DNA from: the human T2T-CHM13v2.0 reference genome, Homo sapiens
Length of the DNA stretch: 64,000 nt
Strand: one strand, 5' to 3'
NCBI RefSeq assembly: GCF_009914755.1
Contig: NC_060939.1
The notes under the pieces are model-generated. The model made no database searches. It saw only the letters and a list, made by a program, of their open reading frames with translations, and was not told the DNA's origin. Each line of letters opens with the position of its first letter. Position 1 is the first letter of the stretch. The position numbers were made by a program, and so were the translations under genes. Positions 1-17,299 of the stretch are shown in pieces.

Positions 1-737
1 TGTAAAAGTCAGTCCAAAGCCACGAGTAGCTCAGAGCCTGACTGCCAGGTGCACTGTGAAGAATGTTCTCGCCACTGCAGGCGATGAAAGGAAGAACCAA
101 GTGAGGAGGACACCACACTGCATGCAGTGTAGCCTTGATACACATGCACCCTCTTGCCATGGGGCTGTTATTCAGTAAAAGCCTCAACTCTTTGGACTAC
201 AAGTAGTCCGTGGACACAATTCAGTCCATGCTGAAAAGAGGATTAATTGACTCATGAATGGGGGAAGAATAGTGTTTTAGCTGGTGGTAATGGGATTGGC
301 TTCTCATCTCCTGAGACTGAAGCATGGCGTTCCACGTCTGGATTCTCACTTCCTCACGCATCACTGCCGAAAAGGAAATAGATGTCTCCTGGCTTCCTCT
401 TAAAAACCCTAGGGGATACTTTTAGTGGAGCTGACTTGAGTCTCTGCACGAATTATTGTGGTGAAGGATGTGAAGGACAGTGATGGCTCAGTGTCTGCTG
501 TCAAAATCAGTGTGAGGTGTGTGCACTTGGGTGGTGGACAGGGGCTACACAGGGAGCAACCCCTGTATGCTAGGCTGGCACGATCACCTCTGTGCACAGT
601 CATTTTCTGGAATACACCGAATCAGATCACCATTCTTTTGCCTTAGGGTGAAGTTAGGGTAGTGGAAGAGGAGGGGAAGACTCAAATCTTAGTGCTTCTA
701 GAGAGGAATATGTAGGGGATTCAAAAATGAGTATTCC

Positions 738-1247
738 TCTTCCTTCCTTCCTTCCTTCCTCCTTCCTTCCTTCGTTTTTCCTTCCCTTCCTTTTTCCTTC
801 ATTCCCCTCCTTCCTTCCTTTCTCCCTTCTTTTCCCTTTTCTTCCCTTCCTTTCGTTTCTTCCCTCCTTTCCACCTTCTTTCCTTCTTTCCCTCCTTTCC
901 TTCCCTTTCCTTTCTTCCTTTCTATCCTTCCTTCCTTCCATTCCTTTATTCTTTCCCTTCCCTTTCCTTTTTTTCTTTCTTGTCCTTATTTCCTTCCCTT
1001 CCTTCCTTCCCTCCCTCCCTTTCTTCCCTTCCTTCCACTCCTTCCTTCCTTCTTTCCTTCCTTCCTTCCTTCTTCTTCCTTCATTTTCTCCCTTCCTTTC
1101 TTTTCTTTCCCTCTTCCATTCTTCCTCTCTCCTTCTTTCCCCTCCTTCCTTCCTTTCTCCCTTCTTTTCCTTTTTTTCTTCCTTTCCATTACTTCCTTCC
1201 CTCCTTTCCACCTTCTTTCCTTCTATCTTTCCCTCCTTCCTCTTTCC
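738..1247. repeat. Polypyrimidine low-complexity tract, degenerate (TTCC)n/(CTTT)n
   Basis: ~510 bp almost entirely C/T on + with only scattered purines. Confidence 0.97.
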
Positions 1248-1589
1248 ATGGTTTTACGTAGGAAAAAAATTACATGTTTTAAATTATTTGCCAGAGATTT
1301 TGCAAGCACATATGAGAATTGAGGATATCTGAAAACCAGATATCCTCCAACCAGATATCCTCCCTTCTGGGTCTCCTCTGTCATAGATGCTGGTCCGGAC
1401 ATCGCCCCCTCAGTATGAGTGGTCTATTGGTCAGCATACCATCTTGCCCCTTCATTTTCTTTAGTGGTCAAAATTATCATTTAGTGTTTTTTAAGTTGCT
1501 ACTTGCTTACCTCTTGGTGTGAACCACACATGTCAAAGACCCAGTTTCTTTACTCTTTACTCAGACTTTGATTAAACTTTTATTATATG

Positions 1590-1710
1590 TGAGAACTGTT
1601 AAAGCTCAAAGAGAACTTAGACACCTACAGGTGAAAAAAATAGAGACTCGGGTGATGCTTAACTGACAGAGACTGGACTGGAACTCAAATCTTCTGGCTC
1701 TCAATTCACC
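1590..1710 (-). mobile_element. MIR/MIR3 fragment
   Basis: Degenerate core acaggtgaaaaa..gagactcg..ggactggaactcaaatcttctggctc. Confidence 0.5.
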
Positions 1711-1932
1711 GTGAGGGACAATGTTGCTGTGTCATGGAGCCTGTGCCTGATCTATGCAAATTTTGGCCTTATAATTTAAAAAGCAAAACTCTCACAAGCT
1801 TTATATGCTACATGTTTAATGATGTGTGTAATTATTCCACTGTGTGGCAAATTGGCATAAAGAATAAGCCATTTATATAAGGTGTGGTGATTCCTAATAT
1901 TCCTATGTAGCCAAATCAAACATTTCTGATCT

Positions 1933-2380
1933 TGTATTAGTTTCTTCTTTCTGCTGCAACAAATTCCCATAAAATTTTAAAACACCACAAATCTATTATC
2001 TTCTGGAGGCCAGAAGACCTAAAATGAAGGTTCTGGCAGGGCTGCATTCCTTTTGGAAGCTCTGGGGAGAAGCCCATCCTTATCTTTTCTAGTTTCTAGA
2101 GGCTGCCACGTTCCTGGGCATGTGGCCCCACACTTCTGTCGTGTGATGCCTTCATCACGTCTCCTCTCTGACTCTGACTCTCCTGCCACCCTTTGTAATT
2201 TATGAGGACCTCTGGAATTAAGACTGAGCCCACCCAGATAATTCAGGGTTACCTCCTCATCTCAGTATCCTTAACTTGATCACATATGCAAAGTCCCAAT
2301 TGCCATGTAAGGTAACCTATTCAGGGGTTTTAGGGATTAGGACATGGAAATCTTTGGGGGCTGCTATTCTGCCAAACACA
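1933..2380 (-). mobile_element. MaLR solo LTR, MLT1C/D-like
   Basis: tgtattagtt...ttctggaggccagaag...gcaaagtcc..ttgccatgtaaggtaac...ggattaggacatgg...attctgcc..aca matches the MLT1 reverse complement with TG..CA ends. Confidence 0.9.
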
Positions 2381-5019
2381 AGTGTCTTCTGGGAATAAAC
2401 AGAGAGAAATCCAGAAAAGAAGCTGTCCCAATGTCCCTTGGAAGCTCCTGGATTTGCAACCCAGACCTTAGGGGCAGGCCCCATTCAGAAGGCTCAGGTG
2501 GTGGGGAAGACTCCCTCTTCCCAGCTCACTTCACATCCAAGCAGACCAGACTGCTGGGTGAGACCTCATGGACGTCTGCCAGAGACACTGGGTTGTGCGA
2601 AAAGAGAGCCCCTTTAGCAGAAATATCTGTATGTGACTTAGGAGAAAGTCAAAGACAAGGAATTCCATGTGTACAGGACAAATGACAGAATAAGCCAAAG
2701 CCTGCTCACCTGCCCCAGGGGTTTGTGCAAACTGAGGAGAATGAGAACATATTCTTTGTGAAGGTGAGGGGCAGGAGAGCAAGGGGAGATGCTTGTAGGG
2801 AGAAGGTGGATTTGCTGTAAGGGCCTTAGCTCAGAAGACAAAGGGAGCACTTGCTACTGCTTTCTCAACAACTTCCTTGCATTGACTGCTCTTTTCTCAT
2901 TTAGTGCATCTACCTAGTTTCATCCTTTCTCTCTCTCTCTCTCTGTCTTTTTTGCTTGTTCACGTTATTTATTGTAGTAGACTATTTGCTGTCAGATGGC
3001 CACAATTAAAATAGGCTGTGTCTTTACATCGTATATGCAAGCAGAAAGGCACACCACCACCACTCGCCACATGACATGCGAAGGCTGCTAAGTGATGCCC
3101 AGTGAGGCGGCCACAGGCTGAGTCAGGGGCAGGTGCAGGCAGCCTTCACCTTTCTTATGTTTCCCAGGTCATATGCTATCAAAGCACGATGACAGGAATA
3201 AAATTCCACTATTTGGGGAAAATAAGTGTTCTTAATTGTCCTCACATTAAATAGGCATTCTGCTAATTTTAAAGAAGTTTAATTTTTTTTAAATGTCATG
3301 TTTGTCCAAAGTGGACATGTTTGTCCATTCCAGGTGCATAGGTTTAAGGCTCCAGTAGGATCAGGAGGCAGGCAGTGATCTGTCCACAGATGGGTGGTAG
3401 GCTGGGAAGTTCTCTTCAGACTTACTGACCGGGAGTCTTTCCCATGGCGAAGAGGTCAGGTAAATGAGGTGAAATATGAGTGTGTCCTTCGGGAGACAGA
3501 GGGACAGGGTCTGTCTGCATAAGAGGGCATTATTCGAGATGCCTATAAGGCACATCCGTAAGTCATAGAAAAATTCTCCCTATCACAGAAAGAGGCCATC
3601 TGTGTTACTAGATCTGGATGCTGTTATACATGTGAGCTCCCTTACACACTTGCCCTGTTCTGAGCACATACTCAGCAGGTAGCCTCCAACTTCACCTCCT
3701 CTGGGATTGTGCCTAAGACGGTCCCGACCACAGTGCAGCTATGACTTTACTGCACATCATGAAATGGGCAGTCTTCTGAGCAGGGGTAAGCTCAGGCCAC
3801 TCAGGACGCTGCCAGGCGTGGGTTGCTGGGTCTGGGGAAATGAGGGTATCTCCTGGTCAGCACCACTGTGAGCACCTATTCAGCAATGCAAATTTATTTC
3901 GTTTCTTTATACATTTTTTAAAAAAAGAATGCCTCTGTTGATTTCCACTCCTCCAGAAAGAGTGAGTTGTGGAGCGCAGAGTGAGGGAGGTTCCATGTGG
4001 CTGTCCACATACTCCTTATTAACGTGTGGCCTGTCAGGGTCCCAGCAGGACAAGAGCCAAACGGAATGATCTCAGGGTCCTTCAGCAGAGCAAAGGAGCA
4101 GCTGGAGAGCTCAGCGCTTCCTGCCTGTCTGAGATGGACCATTATAACCTGATGGTTTTCAGCCTTGTACCAAACATCACCTCCCCCATCCACGCCAGCC
4201 TGTTGAGTTACTCCCCATAGAGGAACGCCCAAAGCGGAGGCTTCCCAAGGAGCCCACATCTGCTGCTGCCCTGGCCCTGTAGGAAGTTCGTCTCTGGCCT
4301 CAGATGGCCTTTGAGAAACAACGTTGCCATTCCTCCCTCCCCTCCACTGTCTTTTATGCTTATGCCACACTCTGGCAGCTCAAAATCCCCACCTCTTCCA
4401 ATCCAGGCTTGTCCTCCAATTGCAAAATGTCTGTGCCCCCGTCCAGGCCTGCTTCTTCCACACACCCGCAGCACCTGGGCATCTGATCAGGGTAGCTCAC
4501 TTCTGAAAATATGCCGAAACTCAGCAAGTTAGTATTCGTAATTTCTTGACAAAGACACTGGCTAACTTGAAGAGGCATCCTGTGTAATTCACAGATTTGG
4601 CATTTCAACAATATGGCACAATTTGTCTCTTGTGCCTTTTTAGGAAGAGCTGACCAGGTGTGTGGGGTGGGTGGAGAGGAGAGAGTGCCTGTCTGGGTGA
4701 GCAGTGAGCGGACGCTGAGAGCAGTACAGAAGCCCATTTCTGTCCGTTAAGTTATGCTCAGCAAGGGACAGGTGCAAAGATACTTTTGAGTTCCGCTGCG
4801 TGGACCTTCCCAGCAGCAGCAGCTGTCCATTGTGGCCAGCTTTCTGCACATTCGGAGCTACTCACGGACCCCACAAGGACACTTTCCAGCTCATCCGACT
4901 TTGTCATTTATAAAGATGGGAAGCATTATTGAAAAAAGCTCTAATCACTTCAGAACACCCCTCAAAAGAGCATTAAGATAAAATCAACTGTTCCCTACTG
5001 ACAACTGGCAAGTGCAACT

Positions 5020-5223
5020 GACTTCTGCAATAGAACATTCCATGGTGATGAAAACATTCTGCATCTGCTGTGTCCAATACGGCAGCTACTAGCTACATGT
5101 GACTACTAAGCGCTTGAAATGTGGCTCGTACAACTGGGGATCTGGATTTTTAATTTAATTTCATTTTAATTGATTTGAATTTAAGCAGCCACATGTGGCT
5201 AGTGGCTGTCATATTGTACACAT
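5020..5223. mobile_element. MER3 (hAT-Charlie MITE)
   Basis: caatagaac..tgtccaatacggcagctactagctacatgtg..gcttgaaatgtggct..agccacatgtggctagtggct..atattg. Confidence 0.9.
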
Positions 5224-5299
5224 TGTGGCTTGGTTTATGGCAATAAAATCTATGGTAATAGTTGCAAAATTGAATGTAATCATTTAGGAATCACCCTCA

Positions 5300-5407
5300 G
5301 GCCAGGCGTGGTGGCTCATACCTATAATCTCAGCTACTCAGGAGGCTGACGTCAGAGGATCACTTGAGCCTAGGAGGTTGAGGCTGCAGTGAGCCATGAT
5401 CTCGCCA
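5300..5407 (+). mobile_element. FRAM/AluJ right-monomer fragment, 3' end missing
   Basis: ggccaggcgtggtggctc..gaggatcacttgagcctaggaggttgaggctgcagtgagccatgatc. Confidence 0.9.
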
Positions 5408-5940
5408 AGGTTCTGTATATTTGGGATGCTCTGCTATTTCAAATCGAAGAAAGAATGTAATAGGATTTGGTAATTTTTGCCATTTTAATCAAATGCTTTT
5501 CACTTTGTGCCTATATTTGAATAAGTAAAGATTATAGCTGTAAGTTTTATTTTAAGCTAGTGTAACTTCTGATGGAGATATAAGGACACTGTCATTTCTA
5601 TACATGAGGTTAATGAAACACTATTGTGTCATTTACATTTATTTGAGAAGGTTTTGATTGCCAAAATAAAGAAAAGGAAAAACTCTCAGAAAATGTGAAT
5701 TTTGGAATATTTCAAAAATAGAAGCTGGGGGAAGAGAAAAAAAATTATCCAATCACAATTACTTCTAGCAACATGAAAGTTAAGAATGCAAATCCCCAAA
5801 TTGCTAAAAATGTTTTATTCAATCAGTCCGTTAGTGAAACTTGTATTTCCCTAGCAAGAAAGCAGCACATATTTTTTCCTTCTGAGGCAATCAGGCACAT
5901 GCTGAACAAAACCACAATTTACATCATCTGCAAAATGAAA

Positions 5941-6150
5941 TAATACCAACAACAGTGAACATTTATCGATGATTTGCTATGGGTCAGGCACTATTCTTTG
6001 CAATTTACCTGTATTAACTCCTTTTATCCTTATAAAAATACCATCATCATGTGGCTCACTATTGTTACCTTTCATAGTTACATAAATTGAAGAGAAGTTG
6101 GGTAAATTTCCTAAGGTTATATATAGAGAGCTTGTGAAGAAAGAGATCTC
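5941..6150 (-). mobile_element. MIR
   Basis: aacatttat..tcaggcactattct..attaactc..taaatttcctaaggttata. Confidence 0.75.
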
Positions 6151-6464
6151 CAATTTAGTAACTTCATTCACAGGTGCTAACATGCATATTTAGCCCCTAC
6201 TGTCTGACTATGATTGTACTAAGCCAGGAGAATATGAAACTGCAGAAAACATTTTCCTCACACTGCTGTCTGCTCAGAGACAGATAAGCACACCAAAAGA
6301 TAAAGCATATTGTAATTGAAGTGTTTAGCATGTTCAACTGTTTGCAGTTACTTCTCCTGTTCCCATTCTCATGAGCTTTCCCGTCTTTCCGCAATCTGGT
6401 TCATTTCCTTATTGATCTGGCAACCAACACTGTCAACTGATAAGGCCAGGGGTGGATACACACT

Positions 6465-6580
6465 AGGACATGTGGTCTGCAAGTCAGTGTCATCAGCATC
6501 ATCTTAGAACTTGTTAAAAATTGTGAACCCCCATGCTCCAACCCAGAGATGCTGATTGAGAATGGGCCATGGTGGGGTAC
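6465..6580. mobile_element. MER5A fragment (hAT-Charlie)
   Basis: catcagcatcatcttagaacttgttaaaaat..cccagagatgctgatt. Confidence 0.55.
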
Positions 6581-6594
6581 GGGGAGAGAGTTGG

Positions 6595-10045
<3,451 letters not shown>

Positions 10046-10289
10046 TAACCGTGAAGAATTGCTGCTCCGCAGGCCCCTAAGGACATTACTCCTGCATCCT
10101 ATAATTTAGGAGTCGTCCTTCCCAAGCTGGCCAAGGTGGGGTATGCCAGTTTCCAGGTCTCCTGGTGCTCTGTTTAGCTTCTTTCTGATCAGCAAGTTTT
10201 CATTTCTTCTGACCCAGCAAGAGAAGTCCAGGGTCTTTCCACAGAAATGGCTGAAGGAGCCAGTATTCTATTACATGCATTAATATGCA

Positions 10290-10420
10290 TTATTTGCTCA
10301 TTTTAGTTATTTAGTCATTGAAAAAATATGTATTAAGTGCCTCCTGTATAGCAGGCTGAGAAACTGTCATGCACAGAGGAGAACAAGAAGTCCCTGCCGT
10401 CCAAGGGCTTATGTTTTATA
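10290..10420 (-). mobile_element. L2 3' fragment
   Basis: ttagtcattg..aatatgtattaagtgcctcctgt..gtccctgccgtccaagggctta. Confidence 0.6.
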
Positions 10421-10599
10421 GTTCTGTCTCATTATCCTAAGCCTATGAGGTCATCAGGTGGAACATCCACAATTAGCCCAACCTCCTGCTCTGTTTTCAG
10501 GAACTATGATGCAAATCAATGTACGGCATCTGGTTATGATTTTTAAGAGCACTTTGTTTATTAGGGAGGCACTGCTGTGCAGCTTATGTTTGGTTGCCA

Positions 10600-11240
10600 A
10601 TATACTGAGTCTTGGCTTTGGTTGTATCATAGCCAGATTGTTGGTTTGAAGAGACTATTCCTCTCTGTGATTTATATTCTCCCTCAAAAACTGCCCAGAT
10701 CTTGCAACCTAGTCAGCTGTGCTACTGTGCATCCTCTTGGCCCCTCTGCCTCCAGCTCTCCTCCCCACTGCTCTAGCCCACTTGTCTCAGGGGTGATCAA
10801 CTTCATGTGCATGTAACCCAATGGCACCCTGCCCTGTGCCCACACTAGTCTCTTTATATCCCCTGTTGTGGGTTTTCCAGTCAACACTGAAGCATAAGCT
10901 GCCACAGGACATGCTCTATGCCCATTTCTGTGCAACCTGGCAAGGCAGCAGCAAAAAAGTGTCACTGGAAGATCCTGTGACCGATGGGAGATGGGGGTCA
11001 GTGGGCACATTCTTCTTCCTTCCTTCCACTGTTTGGGCCATCCTGAGACATGGACGTTCATACAGTCTCTCAGGAGATGGGCACACGAGGTGGAGGGGTC
11101 GAGTACTGATCACACCAGGTGGCTGGTTGGATCAAGCTCCCTCCTCACCTGTGTTGCTTCGTTTGACCTCACACTGTCTTGGGATGGCCCATTCTATATA
11201 GTAATCCATAGCTTTTGCCGCCATCTTTGCATTTTAGGGA
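10600..11240. mobile_element. Possible ancient ERVL-class LTR remnant
   Basis: General resemblance to old ERVL LTRs only; family not resolved. Confidence 0.3.
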
Positions 11241-12329
11241 ACACAAATTCACACATCACTCTTTCCTGTTTACTCGTCAACAGGAGATAACATCAAAAGA
11301 AAAGCTGGTAAAGAAAGATTAACCAAAACATCTTGATATTAGGCCCAGCATGTAAGGTGTCTGCCCGTCCTCCTCTCCTTTCCATCTCTAAGCCACCTTG
11401 TTCTTAAGTAGACCCCACAGGAAGCATCTCACAGGAGCCAAGATGTGAGACCCTCACCCTAACTCTCACTCTAACCTTAGGGGAATACAGCCCAAGCATT
11501 TGGCTTTTCTCATCCACAGAAGAGAAGTAGAAAACAGCATTTCAAAATGAAATGTATTCAATTAAAGAGAGCCAGCTATTTTCATTGAAATGTATTCAAT
11601 TAAAGAGTCAAGTAGATGCAGATGAAAAGTTAAGTCTGAAGCAGACAGCCAAAGGTGAAAAAGCAGAGCCTGGGTTGAAAAGCAGCTGTGAGAATCAGAG
11701 CCTCCTGAGGACGCGTTCCAAATGCAGAAGTGAAATGATATGCAGCCCAAAAAGCGTGAAGAAAACGGGGGAAGAGACGGCAGGACTGAGTACTAGAAAA
11801 ATAGGGTAAAAATAGCACTCAACATGGAAAGAAAAGCCGCTTAGAAGCTGCCTGCCTTTTACTCTCAGAGGAAAAACTCATAGAAATATGAAAAAAAAAT
11901 CCCACCTGTTCTTTAAAGAGTCCTTCCATCTCAAAATCGACTTTGAAATGCAACTTTCTATTTAGATTTCATTGTGTCATACACCTTGCTTTTCATTGTT
12001 CTCTCTGAAACCTGGCCCCGTGTGTGGCAAATGAGACCTACTGCACACTGCCTAGTAGAATTAGCAGCAAATCTAAGTTTGCTGTTTTTCAGCCTAGAAA
12101 AACATGTGCAGTATTTTTCCTACTGAGCAAGAAATGTCAGCAGAGTAGGAGAGGGCATTTGTAACTCCTAGCACCACCTCAGAAAATCACAGAATGTCTT
12201 CCAGCTTTTGGTCCATTTCAAAAACTGAATTGAACAAAAATTATCTGGAGAGTATGAGTTAGCTGACATAGATCCCACTGATGTAACACTGTCACACTTG
12301 ATAGAATGTGTAGGGGAGACGTGAATGCG

Positions 12330-12710
12330 TAACACCGAGGAGCACGCTTTGCCAGGACTCTGCCAAGAGCACTTCACATCAGCCCTGAGACGTATATGCT
12401 GCTGATAATTTTTTCAAACATGAGGAATGGACTTTGAGAGATTAAGCCTCTTGCTGAATATCACATGAGGAGTGGAGTGCAGGGATGTGAAGATACGGCA
12501 TCCTGTGTGTTCTGTGTCGCATTCAGTCGTGTGCTGTAAAAATGTAAATAAGTTTTACCTTATTTACAGATAGTTCTGATCCACACAAACCTTTGTCAGG
12601 CAGGTAGAGTTATTCTTCCTTTCCTGATGAGAAACTGGAGTCCCAGGAAAATGAATAGCTTATCCAAACTGACAGTTAATAACCTTGGACGTAAGTCTAC
12701 TGACTTCAAA
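12330..12710 (-). mobile_element. Two degenerate MIR fragments
   Basis: tgaggaatggactttgagagattaag; ctgatgagaaactggagtcccagg..gcttatccaa. Confidence 0.55.
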
Positions 12711-13244
12711 ATATATGAGACCCCTGTTCGTTTGGTTTTATTTATTTATTTTTAACTACACTGACATCAACATGATTATGAAGCTTCCAATATGGCACAT
12801 GGTTCATTGTGGATGCTTAAATATCGGTGCTCTTTTCTGTTTGATCTTAGACAAGTAGGTCATATAATACCACTGCTCTGTCTAGAGTTAGCCAAGCATG
12901 TAGGTCATTCAACTGTGAAGCACAGTGGATCTGCCATTCCTTGCAGGTTCATCTCATAGGGTATTCCTAACAGGGTAGACCTCATGCATGGGGTAACTCA
13001 TCACATTTTTTTTAATGCAGTAAAGAAGTGTCTGTTGATGGTGCGTGGGGATCAGTAAAGCAGCTATGACTTCCTGAGAGTGAGATCTCAGAAAAGAACA
13101 GCCTCAGGAAGTGTGAGAGTCCACTGTGGGCAAGCGGCTGTCCAGGTCCACTGTACCTGCCAGCTAGCTGTGTTATTTCTATCATCACCAGATTAGAACT
13201 TCAGAGTCAGGATTTGTCTGTGTGTGTCCTGGAGGGAATCCCAG

Positions 13245-13370
13245 GGATGATCTAATTTACTCCCATAATTTTTCAGATGAGAAAATTGAGACCCCAAAAG
13301 GTAAAATGGATAGCTAAGTTCACGTGATGTTAAGTGTAAAACAGGAAATAGAATTCCCCTTGTTGAGGGT
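13245..13370 (-). mobile_element. MIR core fragment
   Basis: ttttcagatgagaaaattgagacccc..aagttcac. Confidence 0.65.
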
Positions 13371-16300
13371 GGAAGTATGTCCAATATTCCTTCCCAACCG
13401 CAGCCAGCAGTCCAGGGCCTGGGCAACACTCACAGCTCAGTAGCAGGGGTGAGTGCCTGCTCTGAGGTCCACGGTGGCCAAAGTGAGGCCATCAGTGTGT
13501 AGAATAGTGTGGGGCTGACCCCTCCCACATAGAGCACTATTACTGTACTCACTCTTGGAGGTGTGCTCCTGCATCCACTCTGAGGCATCTCAGAAAGAGT
13601 AGTTTCACCCACGGCAATTCAATCTATGACAGCAGGTCATTTCTCATCTTCCCATAAACAATCGGAATCAGAATTTGAGAAACAAACATTCATACAACAT
13701 GCCTTATATTCCAGATAGCAGCTCTAGTACTTTTCACACATCCAGTATCTTATTTAATCCTCTACCTTATTTAGTTATTTAATCAGACTACCCTGTCTGG
13801 GTCATTGCCTCCACTCCACAGGGGGAGAAATGTAGGCTCCCAAAAGTCAAGTGATTTTTTGCCCTGCTAGGAAGTGGATGAACAACCAACGGAGACTGGG
13901 GTCTGTGTGATTCCAAAGCCCAGACATCTTGAGGCGTTTCTAGATAGAGCAATGTGCTGGTGTTGATGCAATCCAAAGAACAAGTGAAATTCCTTTTTTC
14001 CAGTTTGTGATTTAGAGCAAAGGCAGTTGAAGGTTTTGTTGTTGTTGTTTAATTAGGGACTAATATTAGAGTAAAACTGCAAAATGAAAACCCAAGCTGA
14101 TAAGTCCGTGGAAAAATGGATACTTAGGCCATATTTATATATCTACAGTCAACATTTAGAGAGCCTAGATTAATAGAGCAAACAGAGTAATGGTGATTAC
14201 CCTGGTAACAAAATCTCCATTAAGCCTTGCTTGAGGAGAAAATGAAAAGCTTGAACATCTGTCAGGTTCAGCAAGAGTTCACTTAGGATCAAAAGAGTTA
14301 TGTGCTCTTTTTTCCTTATAATCAAAATTACCAGAATGAGAACAGATCATTGTCTGGGAGCTCCGTGGTTGAGAAACCCCACTAGGGTCCACGAAACAAC
14401 ATGGAGTGACTTATGTCATCCGCACAACCTCTCAGGGTCAAATCAAGGCCTGGCTCCCTGGAGTTTCTTCCCACACAGAACAAACCATTGCCAGAAATCT
14501 TAATGTGTCATTAAACCAAATTTAGCCCGTGGTTTCAGGTTCACTTTTAAAAGGAACTTGTTAGCACATGAGTTGCATTTGATAAGCAAAGCCATCTGGC
14601 ATTTTAAAAATTGCCCTTTTTGCCTTACCAGATGAAGAAAGAGTGTCCAAGAAGTTGGAGCTATGTCAGATTTTCATTTTCCTTCTCTTCTTGGGCAGAA
14701 CAGTTTAAGCCAACCATCTCACATTGGAAGAATAGCAGCTCCAGCCCAGCATTTATTGGAGCTTTCCTCTTCCTGGCTAGTACCTGCCATCAGGTTGGTA
14801 ATATTTTGCCATCCTTCATAGGGGCATGGATAGACATACATGCACCTGCTAAAGGCAGTGCTGTGTACTTTTTCTTTTTCAAAACATATTATTTGGCAAT
14901 GTGTTTTTTCATCCAATAGGATATTTGGGGGGGATTTGTTCATTCCACAAAAATCTACCTTATCATATCTATCTCATATCTGAGATTAGAGCTGCTTCCT
15001 CCAGCTTGGGTCTCAGAGCAAGAACACACCCAAGGCTGACCAGAGCCGACCTGCAGCCCCCGCACGGAATGGCTGAGAAAGAGGCAGTTACTGCCGTAAC
15101 ACACTGGAATCGTGGGGTCCCTCAATACCATAGCAAAGGCGGAAAATGGCAACCAAATCCTGAGAAGTAGAATTGCTGAGTCTTAAGTCCATTCCACAAA
15201 CACTTTGAAGAGAGATGTTTTGAATATACTGTTCTGGATTCTGGAGATCATAGTCGTAAACAACAGTGAAGGAAACCAAGTTCCCCAAGTTAGGGTGCTT
15301 ACATCTTGTGAATATTATCCTTTTTAAAGTTTTAATAGGTGCTTAAAAAATTGCCCTTCTCTCTACTATTTGTTGATAAAGATAGAAAGAGGGAATTCAT
15401 GGTGCTTTCTCTTTCCAGATTTTCTCTTCTATTTTCCAATCTTTTAAAAAAAATTCTCACTCTAAGCATGGGCTCAGCAAATCTGGATGTCAATCAACCA
15501 GCTCTTTCCCTAGGAGCCCCTGGCAGCCAAAGTGGATGCCTGTGGAGTATCCCCTTGGCAGCCCTACCCTTCAGCTTCCCTTTGACTTCCCTCCTCTGTA
15601 TAAAGGGCAGACTTGGCTTTACTACACCAAAGTGTCACACACATGAGATTACGGAAGGTCATTGTTTACATGGCATGAATCCTAGGTGGGAGCGGGTCCT
15701 TCTGTGGTGGCATGGCCATGCTAGGCTGTGAGCCCATGGCTATCTGTGGAGTGGGACAAGTGGAATGGCCAGCCTGAGAGCCACTGGTGGGGTGGGAGTG
15801 TGGAGAGGGGAAGACCCCGACTCCAGAGCTCATCCTGGCGAGGTCAAGATGCATCATGGAGGTGGGCATAATGATCCCAGCCCCTGCTTGCCTTCCAAGT
15901 GACACACTTTTCCCTAGCCCCTTCCTGTCTGTTCTGTTCTTCAACATTGGTGTCTTGCTGAGTCAGGGCCCCATGTGGAAGTACTTGCCCGGGCTCCTGA
16001 TACCTTAGTTGGGGCCAGCTACCCGTCTCAAAAAAGACAACCAGTCTTCAGAACATGGAGCTGATGTCCCTTTAGAAACTCGCTGCTGCTTCTTAGGGGC
16101 ACTGCAGGGAGGAGGGAATGTGCCCGGCTTACTCTGGAGCCTAGAAGGTAGCACTTATTTTGAGAGTTAAAGGAACTTTCCCATTGTTCATTGGAAAAGC
16201 TGAAGCATATAATGGCTGGTGAGCACTCCTGGCTAGGGGCCTCTGAGTTGAATCCATCTTCTCTTCTAGGGCTACATGTATCTGCTGGGCTGGGTCTTCC

Positions 16301-16590
16301 TCTGGCTCCAGCCTTTATTTCCAGGCAATTACCTCCAGCTCTTGTACTTCCCTGGTCTGCTTTTCCCACTTGGTCTATGTCTATGCGGCCTCCTGCTGCC
16401 ATATCCACGAGGGTTATGACCAACATGTCCCCATGTTCTTGAACCGCCTGCCTATAAGCATCTTTGGAAATGTGGCACCCTCATTTAACAAAGTACACCC
16501 TCCAAAAGTCAGGCACCACCATGCAGTAAACAGCAGCAAACATAAGCACTCACTTTTTGCATGTACTCTTCAAAAAAATGTGCATGTATT

Positions 16591-17050
<460 letters not shown>

Positions 17051-17299
17051 CGCAACCTGAAGAAGGCAACTAGTGTAGGGGTTAGTATTAAGGAAGTAAA
17101 CTCAGCAGAACTGGCTCATTCCTAGATTGGAAAAGAGTGAGGGTGAGGAGGCAATGAAGAATGATCCTGAGTGCCTGGTTTAGGTGGAACCATCTGGCAC
17201 TTGTCAGAGAAGAAAAGAATCAAAAGGCAGAGTCACAGGTGTGGGAGATAACAGGCTGAGCATTGAGTTCTGGGGCCCGTGGGACTGCACGTGGATGGC

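Noticed and set aside
115-130. 16-bp palindrome acactgcatgcagtgt; similar short hairpins at 29821-29847 and 55367-55392
   Set aside because: Short, isolated, with no supporting context
654-1332. Longest ORFs (185 and 201 aa, both strands)
   Set aside because: Stop-free only because they read through the TC-rich tract; peptides are pure S/F/L/P or K/E/R/G
3856-3876. RE1-like GTCAGCACCACTGTGAGCACC
   Set aside because: The essential GGA of the right half-site is replaced by TGT
3918-4737. Overlapping 60-150 aa ORFs in unique sequence
   Set aside because: No recognisable protein similarity or convincing splice-bounded frame
11552-11809. 85-aa K/E/S-rich ORF
   Set aside because: Explained by purine skew; no domain or splice support
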